Assembly (NCBI RefSeq): GCF_020745735.1 | Contig: NW_026867476.1 | Coordinates: 3,020,427-3,084,426, forward strand | Source of the DNA: Hemiscyllium ocellatum | Taxonomy: Eukaryota | Length of the DNA: 64,000 nucleotides | Direction: 5' to 3' | Shown: positions 1-10,595 of the stretch, piece by piece | How the letters are laid out: each line of letters begins with the position of its first letter | How positions within the stretch are numbered: the first letter of the stretch is position 1 | Position numbers and translations under genes: made by a program | The notes under the pieces: generated by a model | Seen by the model: the letters and a program-made list of their open reading frames with translations, nothing else | Databases searched by the model: none | What the model was told of the DNA's origin: nothing

Positions 1-272
1 TTAAGGAGTGAGAGGGGAAAGAATAAAAAGGGAACCTGGGACAACTTATTTTTTCTTTATACAGAGGGTGGTATGTATATGGAATGAGCTGCCAGTGGAA
101 GTGGTTGAAGCAGGTACATTAACAACATTTAAAAGGCATTTGGACAAACACAAAGGTTTAGAAGGATATGGGCCAAGTCCAGGGAAATGGGCTTAGCGCA
201 GATGATATTTTAGTCAACAGAGATCAGCTAGGCCAAAGGGCCTGTCTCCATGTTGTAGGACTCTTTTACTCT
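1..272 (+). mobile_element. CR1 LINE 3' end fragment
   Basis: Translation RVVCIWNELPVEVVEAGTLTTFKRHLD is the C-terminal ORF2 tail of vertebrate CR1; followed by a CR1-type 3' UTR (ggccaaagggcctgt). A further CR1 piece (283-426 + 1713-1945) is split by the PLE insertion. Confidence 0.85.
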
Positions 273-520
273 AAAACATTGACGTGCAGAGCTCTGGTTG
301 CCACACTGTCAGAAGGACAAGATTGAACTGGAGAGGGCGCAGAGGAGATTCACCAGGCTGTTGCCTGCGATGGAAAGTCTCAGTTATGAGGAGGGGCTGG
401 ATAGGCTGGGTTTGTTTACCCAGGAGTAAAAAAATGAGGTCTGCAGATGCTGGAGATCACAGCTGCAAATGTGTTGCTGGTCAAAGCACAGCAGGCCAGG
501 CAGCATCTCAGGAATAGAGA

Positions 521-556
521 ATTCGACGTTTCGAGCATAAGCCCTTCATCAGGAAT
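521..556 (-). ncRNA. Minimal type I hammerhead ribozyme motif (PLE terminal repeat)
   Basis: Reverse strand reads ATTC-CTGATGA-A-GGGC(TTAT)GCTC-GAAA-C-GTC-GAAT. Confidence 0.75.
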
Positions 557-941
557 AAGAGAGAGAGAGCCAAGCAGGCTAAGATAAAAGGTAGGGAGGA
601 GGGACTAGGGGGAGGGGCGATGGAGGTGGGATAGGTGGAAGGAGGTCAAGGTGAGGGTGATAGGCCGGAGTGGGGTGGGGGCGGGGAGGTCAGGAAGAGG
701 ATTGCAGGTTAGGAGGGCGGTGCTGAGTTGAGGGAACCGACTGAGACAAGGTAGGGGGAGGGGAAATGAGGAAACTGGAGCAATCTGAATTCATACCTTG
801 TATTATACCTTGATTCGCAGTAGGTTAAACCGGCCTATCACCCTCACCTTGACCTCCTTCCGCCTATCCCACCTCCATCGCCCCTCCCCCTAGTCCCTCC
901 TCCCTACCTTTTATCTTAGCCTGCTTGGCTCTCTCTCTCTT

Positions 942-977
942 ATTCCTGATGAAGGGCTTATGCTCGAAACGTCGAAT
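942..977 (+). ncRNA. Minimal type I hammerhead ribozyme motif (PLE terminal repeat)
   Basis: ATTC-CTGATGA-A-GGGC(TTAT)GCTC-GAAA-C-GTC-GAAT: core boxes CUGAUGA and GAAA, stem I ATTC/GAAT, stem II GGGC/GCTC, palindromic ACGT stem III, GUC cleavage triplet. Confidence 0.8.
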
Positions 978-1618
978 TCTCTATTCCTGAGATGCTGCCT
1001 GACCTGCTGTGCTTTGACCAGCAACACATTTGCAGCTGTGATCTCCAGCATCTGCAGACCTCATTTTTTACTCGAAGATTTTAACCTACTGCGAATCCTC
1101 TTACAAGGATGCCTTCCTTGAAGAAGCTCTCTTCCTCCCTCTACAAGGATTTCAGTGAGTCCCTCTCTCACTGCACCCCCCAGGTCATCTCCTCTGCACA
1201 GAAGCTCTTCAGCCACGTTCTCAAACAGACCCGTTACCACAGCCACATCTCCTTCCTCAGCACCTGTCTACGGAACTGACTGATCCCACACGGACTCCGA
1301 ACTACATTCCAACCAACAAAATTTGGATCCAACCAGGACAACGTGTACCTACAACAAATCCGACCCTCCAACCACAAGGTATGAATTCAGATTTCTCCAG
1401 TTTCCTCATTTCCCCTCCCCCTACCTTGTCTCAGTCGGTTCCCTCAACTCAGCACCGCCCTCCTAACCTGCAATCCTCTTCCTGACCTCCCCGCCCCCAC
1501 CCCACTCCGGCCTATCACCCTCACCTTGACCTCCTTCCACCTATCCCACCTCCATCGCCCCTCCCCCTAGTCCCTCCTCCCTACCTTTTATCTTAGCCTG
1601 CTTGGCTCTCTCTCTCTT

Positions 1619-1654
1619 ATTCCTGATGAAGGGCTTATGCTGGAAACGTCGAAT
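1619..1654 (+). ncRNA. Minimal type I hammerhead ribozyme motif (stem II variant)
   Basis: Same as 942-977 but GCTG instead of GCTC at the base of stem II. Confidence 0.65.
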
Positions 1655-2243
1655 TCTCTATTCCTGAGATGCTGCCTGGCCTGCTGTGCTTTAACCAGCA
1701 ACACATTTGCAGTTGTTTACCCAGGAGCAGAGGACGCCATGGGGGGATCTGCATGAGGTGTGCAAAATTCAGAAAGGCACGGACGGACAATGACACTGAC
1801 AATCTTTTGAAGATCAGAGGGCAGAAGTTGAAGGTGAGGAGTAAGTAGTTCAGAGGAGATCTGACCACCTGAGGGTGGTCGAATTAAGGAACTGAGAGGG
1901 TGATGAAGGTAGGGACTCTCATAACTGGTCAGCACTTAAAATGCCATGTTCCCTAAGGTAGTCATGGAGTCACACAGTGCGGAAACAGACCCTTCGGTCC
2001 AACCAGTCCATGCTGACCATAATCCCAGATTAACTAGTCCCACCTGCCTGCTCCTGGCCCATGTCCCTCCAAACCTTTCCCTATTCATTTACTTAAATTT
2101 CTTTTAAACGTTGTAACTGTACCCACATCCCATTACCGGGACCACAACTCCCCCTCTTATTAAACACTGATCCAATTAAAACTCACACGGTCACAGAATC
2201 AATTCAGTGCCTCAGGGGAGTCTGACTGAAACCCTTTCCCACA

Positions 2244-2606
2244 CTAAGAGCAGCTAACTGCCCTCTCCCCGCTGTGGAGCTGCTGGTGGCTCTGCAGGTT
2301 GGAGGACTGACTGAAGCCCTTCCCGCACGCGGAGCATGTGAATGGCCGCTCCCCGGTGTGGACCTGCCGGTGCTTCTGCAGGAGGGAAGGACCGGTGAAG
2401 CCCTTTCTGCACTCGGAGCAGGAAAATGGCCTCTCCCCAGTGTGGACCCTCTGGTGAGTCACCAGGGTGGACAAGTGAACAAAGCCCTTCCCACAAACCG
2501 GGCAGGTGAACGGCCGCTCCCCAGTGTGACTGCGGCAATGGCTTTCCAACAAAGACGGGAATTTGAATTCCTTCCCACAGTCCCCGCATTTCCACAGCTT
2601 CTCCAT
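2244..2606 (-). CDS. C2H2 zinc-finger protein, 4 fingers (possibly truncated or pseudogene)
   Basis: [12 protein letters not shown]... four CxxC-x12-HxxxH fingers with TGERP linkers; stop falls inside a degenerate fifth finger (SCS*CGKGF). Paralogous acceptor TTTTACAG|GAT at 2944 and exon-1 donor at 3850. Confidence 0.8.
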   Translation of the reverse strand: MEKLWKCGDCGKEFKFPSLLESHCRSHTGERPFTCPVCGKGFVHLSTLVTHQRVHTGERPFSCSECRKGFTGPSLLQKHRQVHTGERPFTCSACGKGFSQSSNLQSHQQLHSGERAVSCS

Positions 2607-3120
2607 GACATGGGAATCCTGTCCATCTCCCCAGCGTTAACAATCGCTTGAAAGACCAACCACACACAGAGTGTATTCGGTCTCCTGCCACTGTGAATGG
2701 TGTGGTTTTATTTCTGTGTAACTGTAAAAAGCTTTTCCCACAGTCAGTTCACTGGGACACTCTCTCCCACAGTCACACTAATGTCTGAAACCTTTGCAAA
2801 TAGACAGACCACACATACTTGTTCCTGTTAAGATTCAAAACTTCAAAAACTATGTGTGCGCCAATGATTCAGGCCCCTCAGTCAGATAGTGATGTGACGT
2901 TTGGTTTGAGATTTTGTCCCGCAAAGCCTCCCTTTCTCATATCCTGTAAAAGGAGATTCCACAAGTCAAACACACTCAGCACAGGACTGAAATTCAGAAC
3001 AGCCTCACTCCTTCCCTGTACATCTCCATTCCCCACACTTGCCTACCATTCTCACTTTGTACCTAATATCCTCCCTCCCCATTCCCCTAAAAGTGTTAAT
3101 TCATGTCGATTGACAGACCT

Positions 3121-3385
3121 GGGTGGCTCAGTGCTGCTGCCTCACAGCGCCGTGGACCCTCAGGTCTGTGTGTAGTTTGCATTTTCTTCTCCCCGCCCCA
3201 TGTCAGCATGGGTTTCCTCTGGGGGCTCTGGTTTCCTCCCACAGTCCAGAGATGTGTAGATTAGGATGGATTGGCCACATGATTTATGGGTTGAGGTGTT
3301 GAGTTTGGGTAAGACGCTCTTCGGAGGGTTGGTGTGGATTGGACAGGCTGAATGTCTGCTTCTACACTGTTTGAGTTCTATGACT
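3121..3385 (+). mobile_element. HE1/V-SINE (decayed)
   Basis: ggtggctcagtg...ctgctgcctcacagcgcc tRNA-derived head; V-domain gggtttcctc...ggtttcctcccacagtcc. Confidence 0.75.
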
Positions 3386-3850
3386 CTCCCCACAAAGGAA
3401 CATTTTGTCTGCATCTACCATGTCAAGCCCCTTTCAGAATTCTACTGGTTCTTAGTGTCACGGAGGCATACAGCACAGAAACAGACCCTTCGGTCCAACT
3501 CGTCCATGCTGACCAGGATTCCCAAACTAAACCAGTCCCACTAGTTTCATGCAGTTTAAATTTAACACGCTAAAAGTACTTAATTTACTTTTTAACAACA
3601 TTTGACACAGACTCACGAGAAAAAAATTTGAGAGATGCAATTTGTATATGAATAGGAGTCCCAGTTCAGGAGTCTCCAAAAGGTGAACATGCAGATTCAG
3701 TTAGCAGGTAGGAAGGCAAATGCAATGTTCGGAGTGCTAGGATGCCCTGCTAAGGCTTGGATCACACTGCATTTGCAATATTGAGAGCAGTTTTGAAAGT
3801 ATCTAAGAAAGGGAAAGGCGAGGGTTGAGAAAAGAGAGTGCTGTACTCAC

Positions 3851-4180
3851 AGATGTTGGACAGAGAACGGAAGCTGCAGTCTGGGGTGAAGCTTAATCTT
3901 CATTCAGAGAGAGAAAGAGAGGAGCAGCAGCTTCAGAAGCTCATACCCCAACTTCCGCATCCAGGCAATGGGGGGGTTTGATTGACAGCAGGACCAGACT
4001 CCTTCCAGGGCTCTCCATTGGTCGATTCCGCGACCTGTGACGGTTGAATCCCGGAACGCGCGGGGCGCGGACGCAATCAGCTTGGAACCTGCCGACGTTA
4101 CCGTCGAACACCGCGATTCTGATTGGTTGTTCTGGAGAGACCCCCGCCCCCTCCACTGTTGACATCACAACACGGAAGTT
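3851..4180 (-). promoter_or_regulatory. Promoter and non-coding exon 1 of ZNF gene 1 (cassette copy 1), CpG-rich and possibly bidirectional
   Basis: Reverse strand GCGGAAGTTGG..ATGAGCTTCTGA..CT|GTGAGTACAG (donor at 3850). CCAAT boxes (ATTGG ~4017, ~4122), GC box 4141-4150, ETS-like CGGAAGT on both strands. Confidence 0.7.
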
Positions 4181-4429
4181 CTGTGAGCTTCAAACTGGAA
4201 TTTGCTCCTTAGAAGCTGCTGCCCTTGGAGTAATTGAAGTGGAGGGAGCAGACTCTGCAAAGGTCGGTTCAGACTTCCTATATTTCTTTGTTTTTCCACG
4301 TTTTAGAGAGCGCTGTATTGTTTAACTTTTTAACCTTGCTTTCCTTATTTTTCTGCATTGTGTGTTGTTTCAAAAATATACTTTAATCATGAAAACCTTT
4401 TTATATATAATTATGTATATGATGTCATA

Positions 4430-4757
4430 GACTTCCTACGGTGTGGAAACAGCCGTTTGGCCCCGCAAGTCCACGATGACCCGTCGAAAAGTAACCCACT
4501 CAGACTCATTCTGTTACCCCGTTACTCTTCATTTACTCCTGACTAATGCACCTAACCTGCACATCCCTGAACACTATGGGGAATTCATCTAAACTGCCAA
4601 TCTTTTGATTGTGGGAAGAAGCTGAAGCACCCGGAGGAAAACCCTGCAGACTTGGGATGCTGGGGGGGGGGGGGAAAGAGAGAACGTGCACACTCCACAC
4701 AGGCTGGGATTGAACCCAGGTCCCATGTCTGCCACCTAACGACTCTGACCTCCATAA
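4430..4757 (-). mobile_element. HE1/V-SINE variant
   Basis: Reverse-strand V-SINE; near-identical inverted copy at ~6688-6970. Confidence 0.7.
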
Positions 4758-4789
4758 TTGTTACGCTTAGAGAGGCTGGTCAGGATCAC

Positions 4790-5847
4790 ATCAACTCTAG
4801 CTAGCCTTGATTCCCTACAATGTGCTGAGCGACATAGCAGGTCTGCAGTGGATGCTATTTCCCTCAGTCCCACACTCCTCACCGAAACATCTGGACAACA
4901 AGGACAGCTAGGTCAGACTCCTGCTCATTGGCTACAGCTCCACCTTCAACACCATGATTCTCTCTACACTGATCTCAAAACTTGGTGACCTTGCTCTCAG
5001 CTCTAATCTCTGCCTCTGGATCCTCAGCTTCCTGACCCACAGACCGCAATTGGTGAAAATGGATGCCACTTCCACGATAACACTCAACACTGGAGGCCCT
5101 GTCCAAGGATGCGTTCTCAGCTCCTCTATTGTACTTCCTGCTCCTGCATGACTGTGTAGCTAAATTCTGAACAAACGTCATCTACAAGTTTGCTGATGAC
5201 ATCACAGTGGTAGGAAGGATATCAAACAATGACGAGTCAGTATACATATATATACTGACTCCACCTTATATATACCACCTTAGTGAGGTGGTGCAATGAC
5301 AACGATCTCTCTCTCAATGTTGGCAAAACTAAAGAACTGACTTCAGGAAGAAAGAAGCAGAAATACTCTTTTCTCCAACAAGGGAGCAGAGGTTGAAAGG
5401 GTCATAGGAGTGACAATAACCAACATACTGTCATGGACTTCCCACGAAAATTTCGATTATCAAGAAGGAACCACAACGGCTCTTCTTCCTCAGGCAGCTC
5501 AGGGAAATTGGCATGTCCATAAGGACCCTCACCAACTTTTATAGATGCACGATAGAAAGCATACTGTCCAGGTGCATAATGGTCTGGTATGGCAGTTGCT
5601 CTGCCCAGGGCTGGAAGAAACTATAGAAGGTTCTGTGCAGAGTCCAGACCATGGTGAAAGCTAACCTCCCATCCGTAGTCTCCATCTACACTTCTCGTTG
5701 CTGCAAGAAGGCTGCCCTAAGATCATCAAAGACCCCTCCTGCACCAGTAACACACTCTCTTCAAACGTCTTCTGTCAGGCAGAAGATACAGATGCTTGAA
5801 CCTACGCACCAGCAGGTTCAGGAACAGCTTCTTCCTAGCTGTTATTA
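4790..5847 (+). mobile_element. Rex1/Babar-type non-LTR retrotransposon RT fragment (decayed)
   Basis: Frameshifted motifs RSAVDAISL, HLDNK, LISKLGDL..LCLWILSFLTHRPQ, TGGPVQGCVLS, YKFADD; 3' UTR ending (aatca)n near 6400. Confidence 0.75.
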
Positions 5848-6195
5848 GGTGGCACGGTGGCTCAGTGGTTAGCACTGCTGCCTCACAGCTCCAGGGACCC
5901 AGGTTCGATTCCAGCCTCGGGCGACTGCCTGTGTTAAGTTTGTACGTTCTCCCTCCATGTCTGCGTGGGTTTCCTCCGAGTGCTTCGGTTTCTTCGCACA
6001 TTCCAAAGATGTGCAGGTTTGGTGAATTGGCTATGCTAAATTGCCCTTTGTGTTTGGGGTGTGTAGGTTAGGTGCATTAATCAGGGATAAATGTAGAGTA
6101 ATAGGGTAGGGAAATGACTCTGGGTGGGTTAGTCTTTGGAGAGTCGGTGTGGACTTGTTGGGCCCAATGATCTGTTTCCACATTGTAGGGTTTGT
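5848..6195 (+). mobile_element. HE1/V-SINE
   Basis: ggtggcacggtggctcagtggttagcactgctgcctcacagc head (A/B boxes), V-domain, LINE-like tail tgtttccacattgtaggg. Confidence 0.85.
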
Positions 6196-6439
6196 ATGAA
6201 CTTTGCTGACTTGAAACAAAATGCTGATCTTGTTCATGTTGATCTTGCCAGTGCATGTCCTGTGTGGTGTGACCTGTATGCCTGAGGCTGTCCAATGTTT
6301 CTTTCTCACTCTATGATCTGTATGTCCTTGCTTACTGTGATCTGCCAGCACTGCTCACAAATAAAGCATTTCACTGTACTTAGGTACATGTGACAGTAAA
6401 TCAAATCAAATCAATTTAGCAAGGCCACTTGATACAATT

Positions 6440-7544
6440 AGTAAGTTGCAGATGACACCAAAATTGGAGGTGTAGTGGACAGCGAAGAGGGTTACCTCAG
6501 ATTACAACAGAATCTGAACCAGATGGGCCAACGGGCTGAGAAGTGGCAGATGGAGTTTAATTCAGATAAATGTGAGGTGCTGCATTTTGGGAAAGCAAAT
6601 CTTAGCAGGACTTATACACTTAATGGTAAGGTCTTGGGGAGTGTTGCTGAACAAAGAGACTTGGAGTGCAGGTTCATAGCTCCTTGAAATTATGGCGGTC
6701 AGAGTCGTTGGGTGGTAGTCATTATGACATGGGACCTGGGTTCAATCCCAGCCTGTATGGAGTGTGCACATTCTCTCTTTTCCCCCCAGCATCCCAAGTC
6801 TGCAGGGTTTTCCTCCGGGTGCTTTAGCTTCTTCCCACAATCAAAAGATGGGCAGTTTAGATGAATTCGCCATGCTGAATTTCCCATAGTGTTCAGGGAT
6901 GTGCAGGTTAGGTGCATTAGTCAGGAGTAAATGAAGAGTAACGGGGTAGCGGAATGGGTCTGAGTGGGTTTCAGGTAGATAGGATAGTGAAGAAGACATT
7001 TGCTGTGCTTTCCTTTATTAGTCAGAGTCTTGATTACAGGAGTTGCGAGGTCATGTTGAGGTCATTGGTTAGGCCACTATTGGAATATTGCATGCATTTC
7101 TGATCTCCTTCCAATCGGAAAGATGTTGTGAAACTTGAAAGGGTTCAGAAAAGATTTACAAGGATGTTGCCAGAGTTGGAGGATCTGAGCTACAGGGAGA
7201 GGCTGAACAGGCTGCAGCTGTTTTCCCTGGAGCCTCGGAGGCTGAGGGGTGACCTTATAGAGGTTTACAAAATTATGAGGGGTATGGATAGGATAAATAG
7301 GCAAAGTCTTTTCCCTGGGGTCAGGGAGTCCAGAACTAGAGGGCATTGGTTTAGGGTGAGAGGGGAAAGATATAAAAGAGACCTAAGGGGCAACCTTTTC
7401 ACGCAGAGGATGGTACGTGTATGGAATGAGCTGCCAGAGGAAGTGGAAGAGGCTGGTACAATTGCAACATTTAAGAGGCATTTGGATGGGAATATGAATA
7501 GGAAGGGTTTGGAGGGATATGGGCCGGGTGCTGGCAGGTGGGAC
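6440..7544 (+). mobile_element. CR1 LINE ORF2 3' part (ERV target); continues at 15434-15515
   Basis: KWQMEFNSDKCEVLHFG and KLERVQKRFTRMLP...VWNELPEEV motifs; interrupted by a SINE at ~6688-6970 and by the ERV at 7545. Confidence 0.85.
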
Positions 7545-8401
7545 TGTTATAAGTGAATTTCTGTCTAGGCTTTCTGAATCTCCGGAGAATAGTTCCTGAC
7601 ACTTGGCTAACTATTCTAACTCTAGGGATCTGATTCAGAACAACCGGGTCCTGCCTCCGAACTCTGCCAACCGCGGACTGTCCTTTAACCCTTGTGTCAA
7701 GGGAGACTGTCCGCAAGGTTAAGTTCAAAAAGGCGAACTCCAAGTTGACTGGTATCAGCCCTTATCCCCACCGGCTGTCACTTTTCCTGTGGCAAATCGA
7801 AATACTGCGAGACACACACAAACGGAGCAACAGATGTTTATTCAATCTTCGAAGATTGGGCGAGTTCCAAAAGGGACTTCGGAAGTCGCAACGGGAGATT
7901 TTACAGCGCTAATACTTATACATTATTTTTCCATTCAAATACATTGGTGATAATTTCATTGGTTTAAACATCTCACGCTATGGATTTTTCTTACATTAAA
8001 AATCATTAATGACAATTCCATTGGTTAAAGCATTTCACGCTTTTCTCTGCCAATTTCTTTAATTAAAATGTTATATTATTTTACAATTTCTGCTACTAGT
8101 TATAACATTTATTGATGTCATGAAAAGAGCTTTCATTGTATTTTGCCCTCTGTGTCTAACTGAAGCATTCCTTGGTTTCTTGCCCAAGGTTACCATGTTC
8201 CTGGCATAACAGAGGTGACTTCTAGTTCATGCTTCATTATGGCCTAGTCGATCATTAGTTTCATAATTTAGCTTTTATTCATTAAACCTCAGTTTTAGTA
8301 CAGTGAGTGTGTGTGTGTATGTATGTGTATGTGTGTGTGAGGTGTGTGTGTGTGTGTGTGAGTGAATGCATGAAACTGCAGAAATTACATTAACCATATC
8401 A
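7545..8401 (-). repeat. 3' LTR (857 bp)
   Basis: Matches 14536-15429. On the - strand: (CA)n tract near the U3 start, CCAAT boxes (~8020, ~7958), TATAA (~7916-7920), AATAAA (7837-7842). Confidence 0.95.
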
Positions 8402-8420
8402 ATCCCCCCTGTCTTTTTAT
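8402..8420 (-). promoter_or_regulatory. Polypurine tract (3' PPT)
   Basis: ATAAAAAGACAGGGGGGAT immediately before the TG of the 3' LTR. Confidence 0.9.
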
Positions 8421-10323
8421 ACAGTCTGTAATTTCTGCAACATGATAATAGCTTGTCTATTCCAATCAGCTTCAGTATCGTTTGCATCTGCTTGTAGGTG
8501 AATGCCCACTATTGAATTAGGGTCACTTTTCATCAATGCAGTCTCAATAAGGCGGGTAATTAGACCACGCAGACATGGAATTATACAACAGCCCAAAGCA
8601 ACTAAAATCCCGATTACCAACAGAAGTGTAATCACCACTGAGACCATCACCCCCTTCCATTTATCGAACCACCGCTCTAGCCAGCCAGTCCAATTAGTAT
8701 TTACACCTGAATTCTCAGCTATCTCATCAGCCAGTGCCTGGAGACCTTCCAGGGCACGGGTCACCGAGCCATCAGGGGCCGTATTGTTGGGAATAAAAGT
8801 ACAACATTGAGAGCCTATCATGACACAAACGCCCCCCTTTTCAGCTAAGAGCATGTCCAAGGCCAGTCTATTTTCCCAAGCCATACGACTGGTGGCATCC
8901 ATTTGTTCAGCCAAACCCTTTACTGCTTCTTTAGTGTGGTTAATAAATCGTGCCTGGTTATAATAAATGTAGTTTATCCAATCCACATTCTTATTAATCG
9001 TAACCCACCAGAATAGGAATGACTCAAAGCCTGCTGAAGTCTGGTTACGAGCTTTAAACTCATCAGGCACCCCCCTATGGACCCCTATTGAATCAAGATA
9101 AATCCCTTTATCAAAAGAAGTGGATAGCAGTGATCTCTTATCTCTTCCTTTTTTCCCAACTAAATGTTCTCTTTCAAATGCCAGGGTGAATGGTATTGCC
9201 AATTGTACAATTGCACATATCCCCTTCCAATCAGGGGGCAGGGTGGGTCTCAGTATTTTCCCTCCACAATACCACCACAGATCCGCTCGGGGAACGTTTA
9301 AAGATGAGTAATTTCTTCCTTCCACTGCTTCAGTAACGTTTTAAATCACCGAACACAATCTCAGCTCCCCCAAATCAATAGATCCACCCTGTCTATAAAC
9401 ACACGATGTGTGATTCCCAACAGCAGCAGAAAACACAGGGGGAGCCTGCCTCTGGTGTCCTTTTAATGAAGGGAACAACGCAGACAAAGAGGCACATTTC
9501 GGATTTTTCCAAGCAGTCTCATCTTGATATAGGGCTATCATGCATTCCATGCCCTGTTTGTTCTGCTCCCACCCGAGCGGAAAGGGAACTACCCGAGACA
9601 CTGTCCTACCGGAGGCACATGCATAGCAATTGCTTTTGTTCAGGCTTTTTACAGTATATTTAACCCATTCAATCCAGGCATTTGTTTATCCATATCCTGT
9701 TTCTATTTCAAGAGTCTGTCTCAGGTCTTTAACCTCTATAACCTGCAGTGACTTTGGATCAGTGTAAGGGGTTAAAGGTTGCAGTTTAGAATCAAGGAAT
9801 CCCAAAGGCTGTCCCCGTCCGACGCCAATTCAAAAATAGCAGCCCACAAAACGCTTCCCATACACTGTCATCTCTATCTTTAAATCTTTACTAAGGAGTT
9901 GGGACCCATTTTTATGGGGAAATGAGTCTTCAGAGGAAGCATTTTTAATGGTGAGATATATATAGGATGACACTTCCTGTCAAAACAGTTTAGGGCTGGG
10001 CTAAAGGGGGCTCTATGGATAGTGATGCTAGGCGGTGGCTTTTGCGGTTCGGTAGGGTGTGAAGAAATATCTTGGAGGAAAGATATTCCCTTTGAAACTC
10101 TACATCTGGGCATTCTACTTAGGCTGCAAGCATCAATTTTTATAACTTGTGGAAATTCCGAAACAGAAATCATTAACACAACATCTGAAAAAGATATATG
10201 AGCAAAACTCAGAAGTAACAGGAATAGCAGCATAATTCTGACTAGTGCTAAGAACTTAAACAATATATCAAAGCACAAAACAAGATTAACATACAATTCT
10301 GAAGAAACAGTCCCCGCACTCAC
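8417..10323 (-). pseudogene. env: Retroviral env (SU frameshifted; TM open at 8417-9325)
   Basis: Signal-peptide-like MLLFLLLLSFAHISFS (~10230); CxxC motif CYAC (~9620); furin site RDKR; immunosuppressive-like WENRLALDMLLAEKGGVC; CX6CC (CVMIGSQCC); transmembrane helix VMVSVVITLLLVIGILVALGCC. Confidence 0.9.
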
Positions 10324-10379
10324 GTCGCCATAGTATAATCAGTTACTCAAAGTCTGTTCAGTCTGAGTTATAGTGGGTC

Positions 10380-10595
10380 ACGTGTTGATTCGGCTGTCCA
10401 GACTCCTTTCTTAACTGGAGAGGTGACTGGCCATTTGCCAGCCTTTCTCCGCCGTTCAATGGTGAGGAGTACTAGGAACGGGCCGTCCCACACAAGTTCG
10501 AGAGTTAACTGTCGTCAGTGTTTGATCAAAACCCCTTCACCGGGTTCAATAGTGTGCAGCGAAATCCAGAGGTGGTGTCTGAGTCAGGAATCCCT
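10380..10595 (-). pseudogene. pol: Integrase C-terminal remnant
   Basis: Reverse translation QTPPLDF..H.IEPGEGVLIK..LVWDGPFLVLLT (GPY/F module); splice-acceptor-like TTTACTTCACCAG at ~10594-10606. Confidence 0.7.

Larger units (their letters stand above)
427..1712 (+). mobile_element. Internally deleted Penelope-like element (PLE) insertion with inverted and tandem pseudo-LTRs
   Basis: 15-bp direct repeat TTGTTTACCCAGGAG at 412-426 and 1713-1727 (TSD). 427-800 is an inverted copy of the terminal repeat present at ~830-1075 and ~1376-1712. From ATG 1109 the sequence reads MPSLKKLSS...HISFLSTCLRN*LIPHGL (PLE ORF N-terminal motif), joined directly to a GIY-YIG C-terminal tail (TLQPQGMNSDFSSF). 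Confidence 0.85.

Noticed and set aside
7471-7912. ORFs within the LTRs as retroviral accessory genes (also 14482-14959)
   Set aside because: Short, no recognisable motif, and reading frames differ between the two LTR copies or run into flanking DNA.
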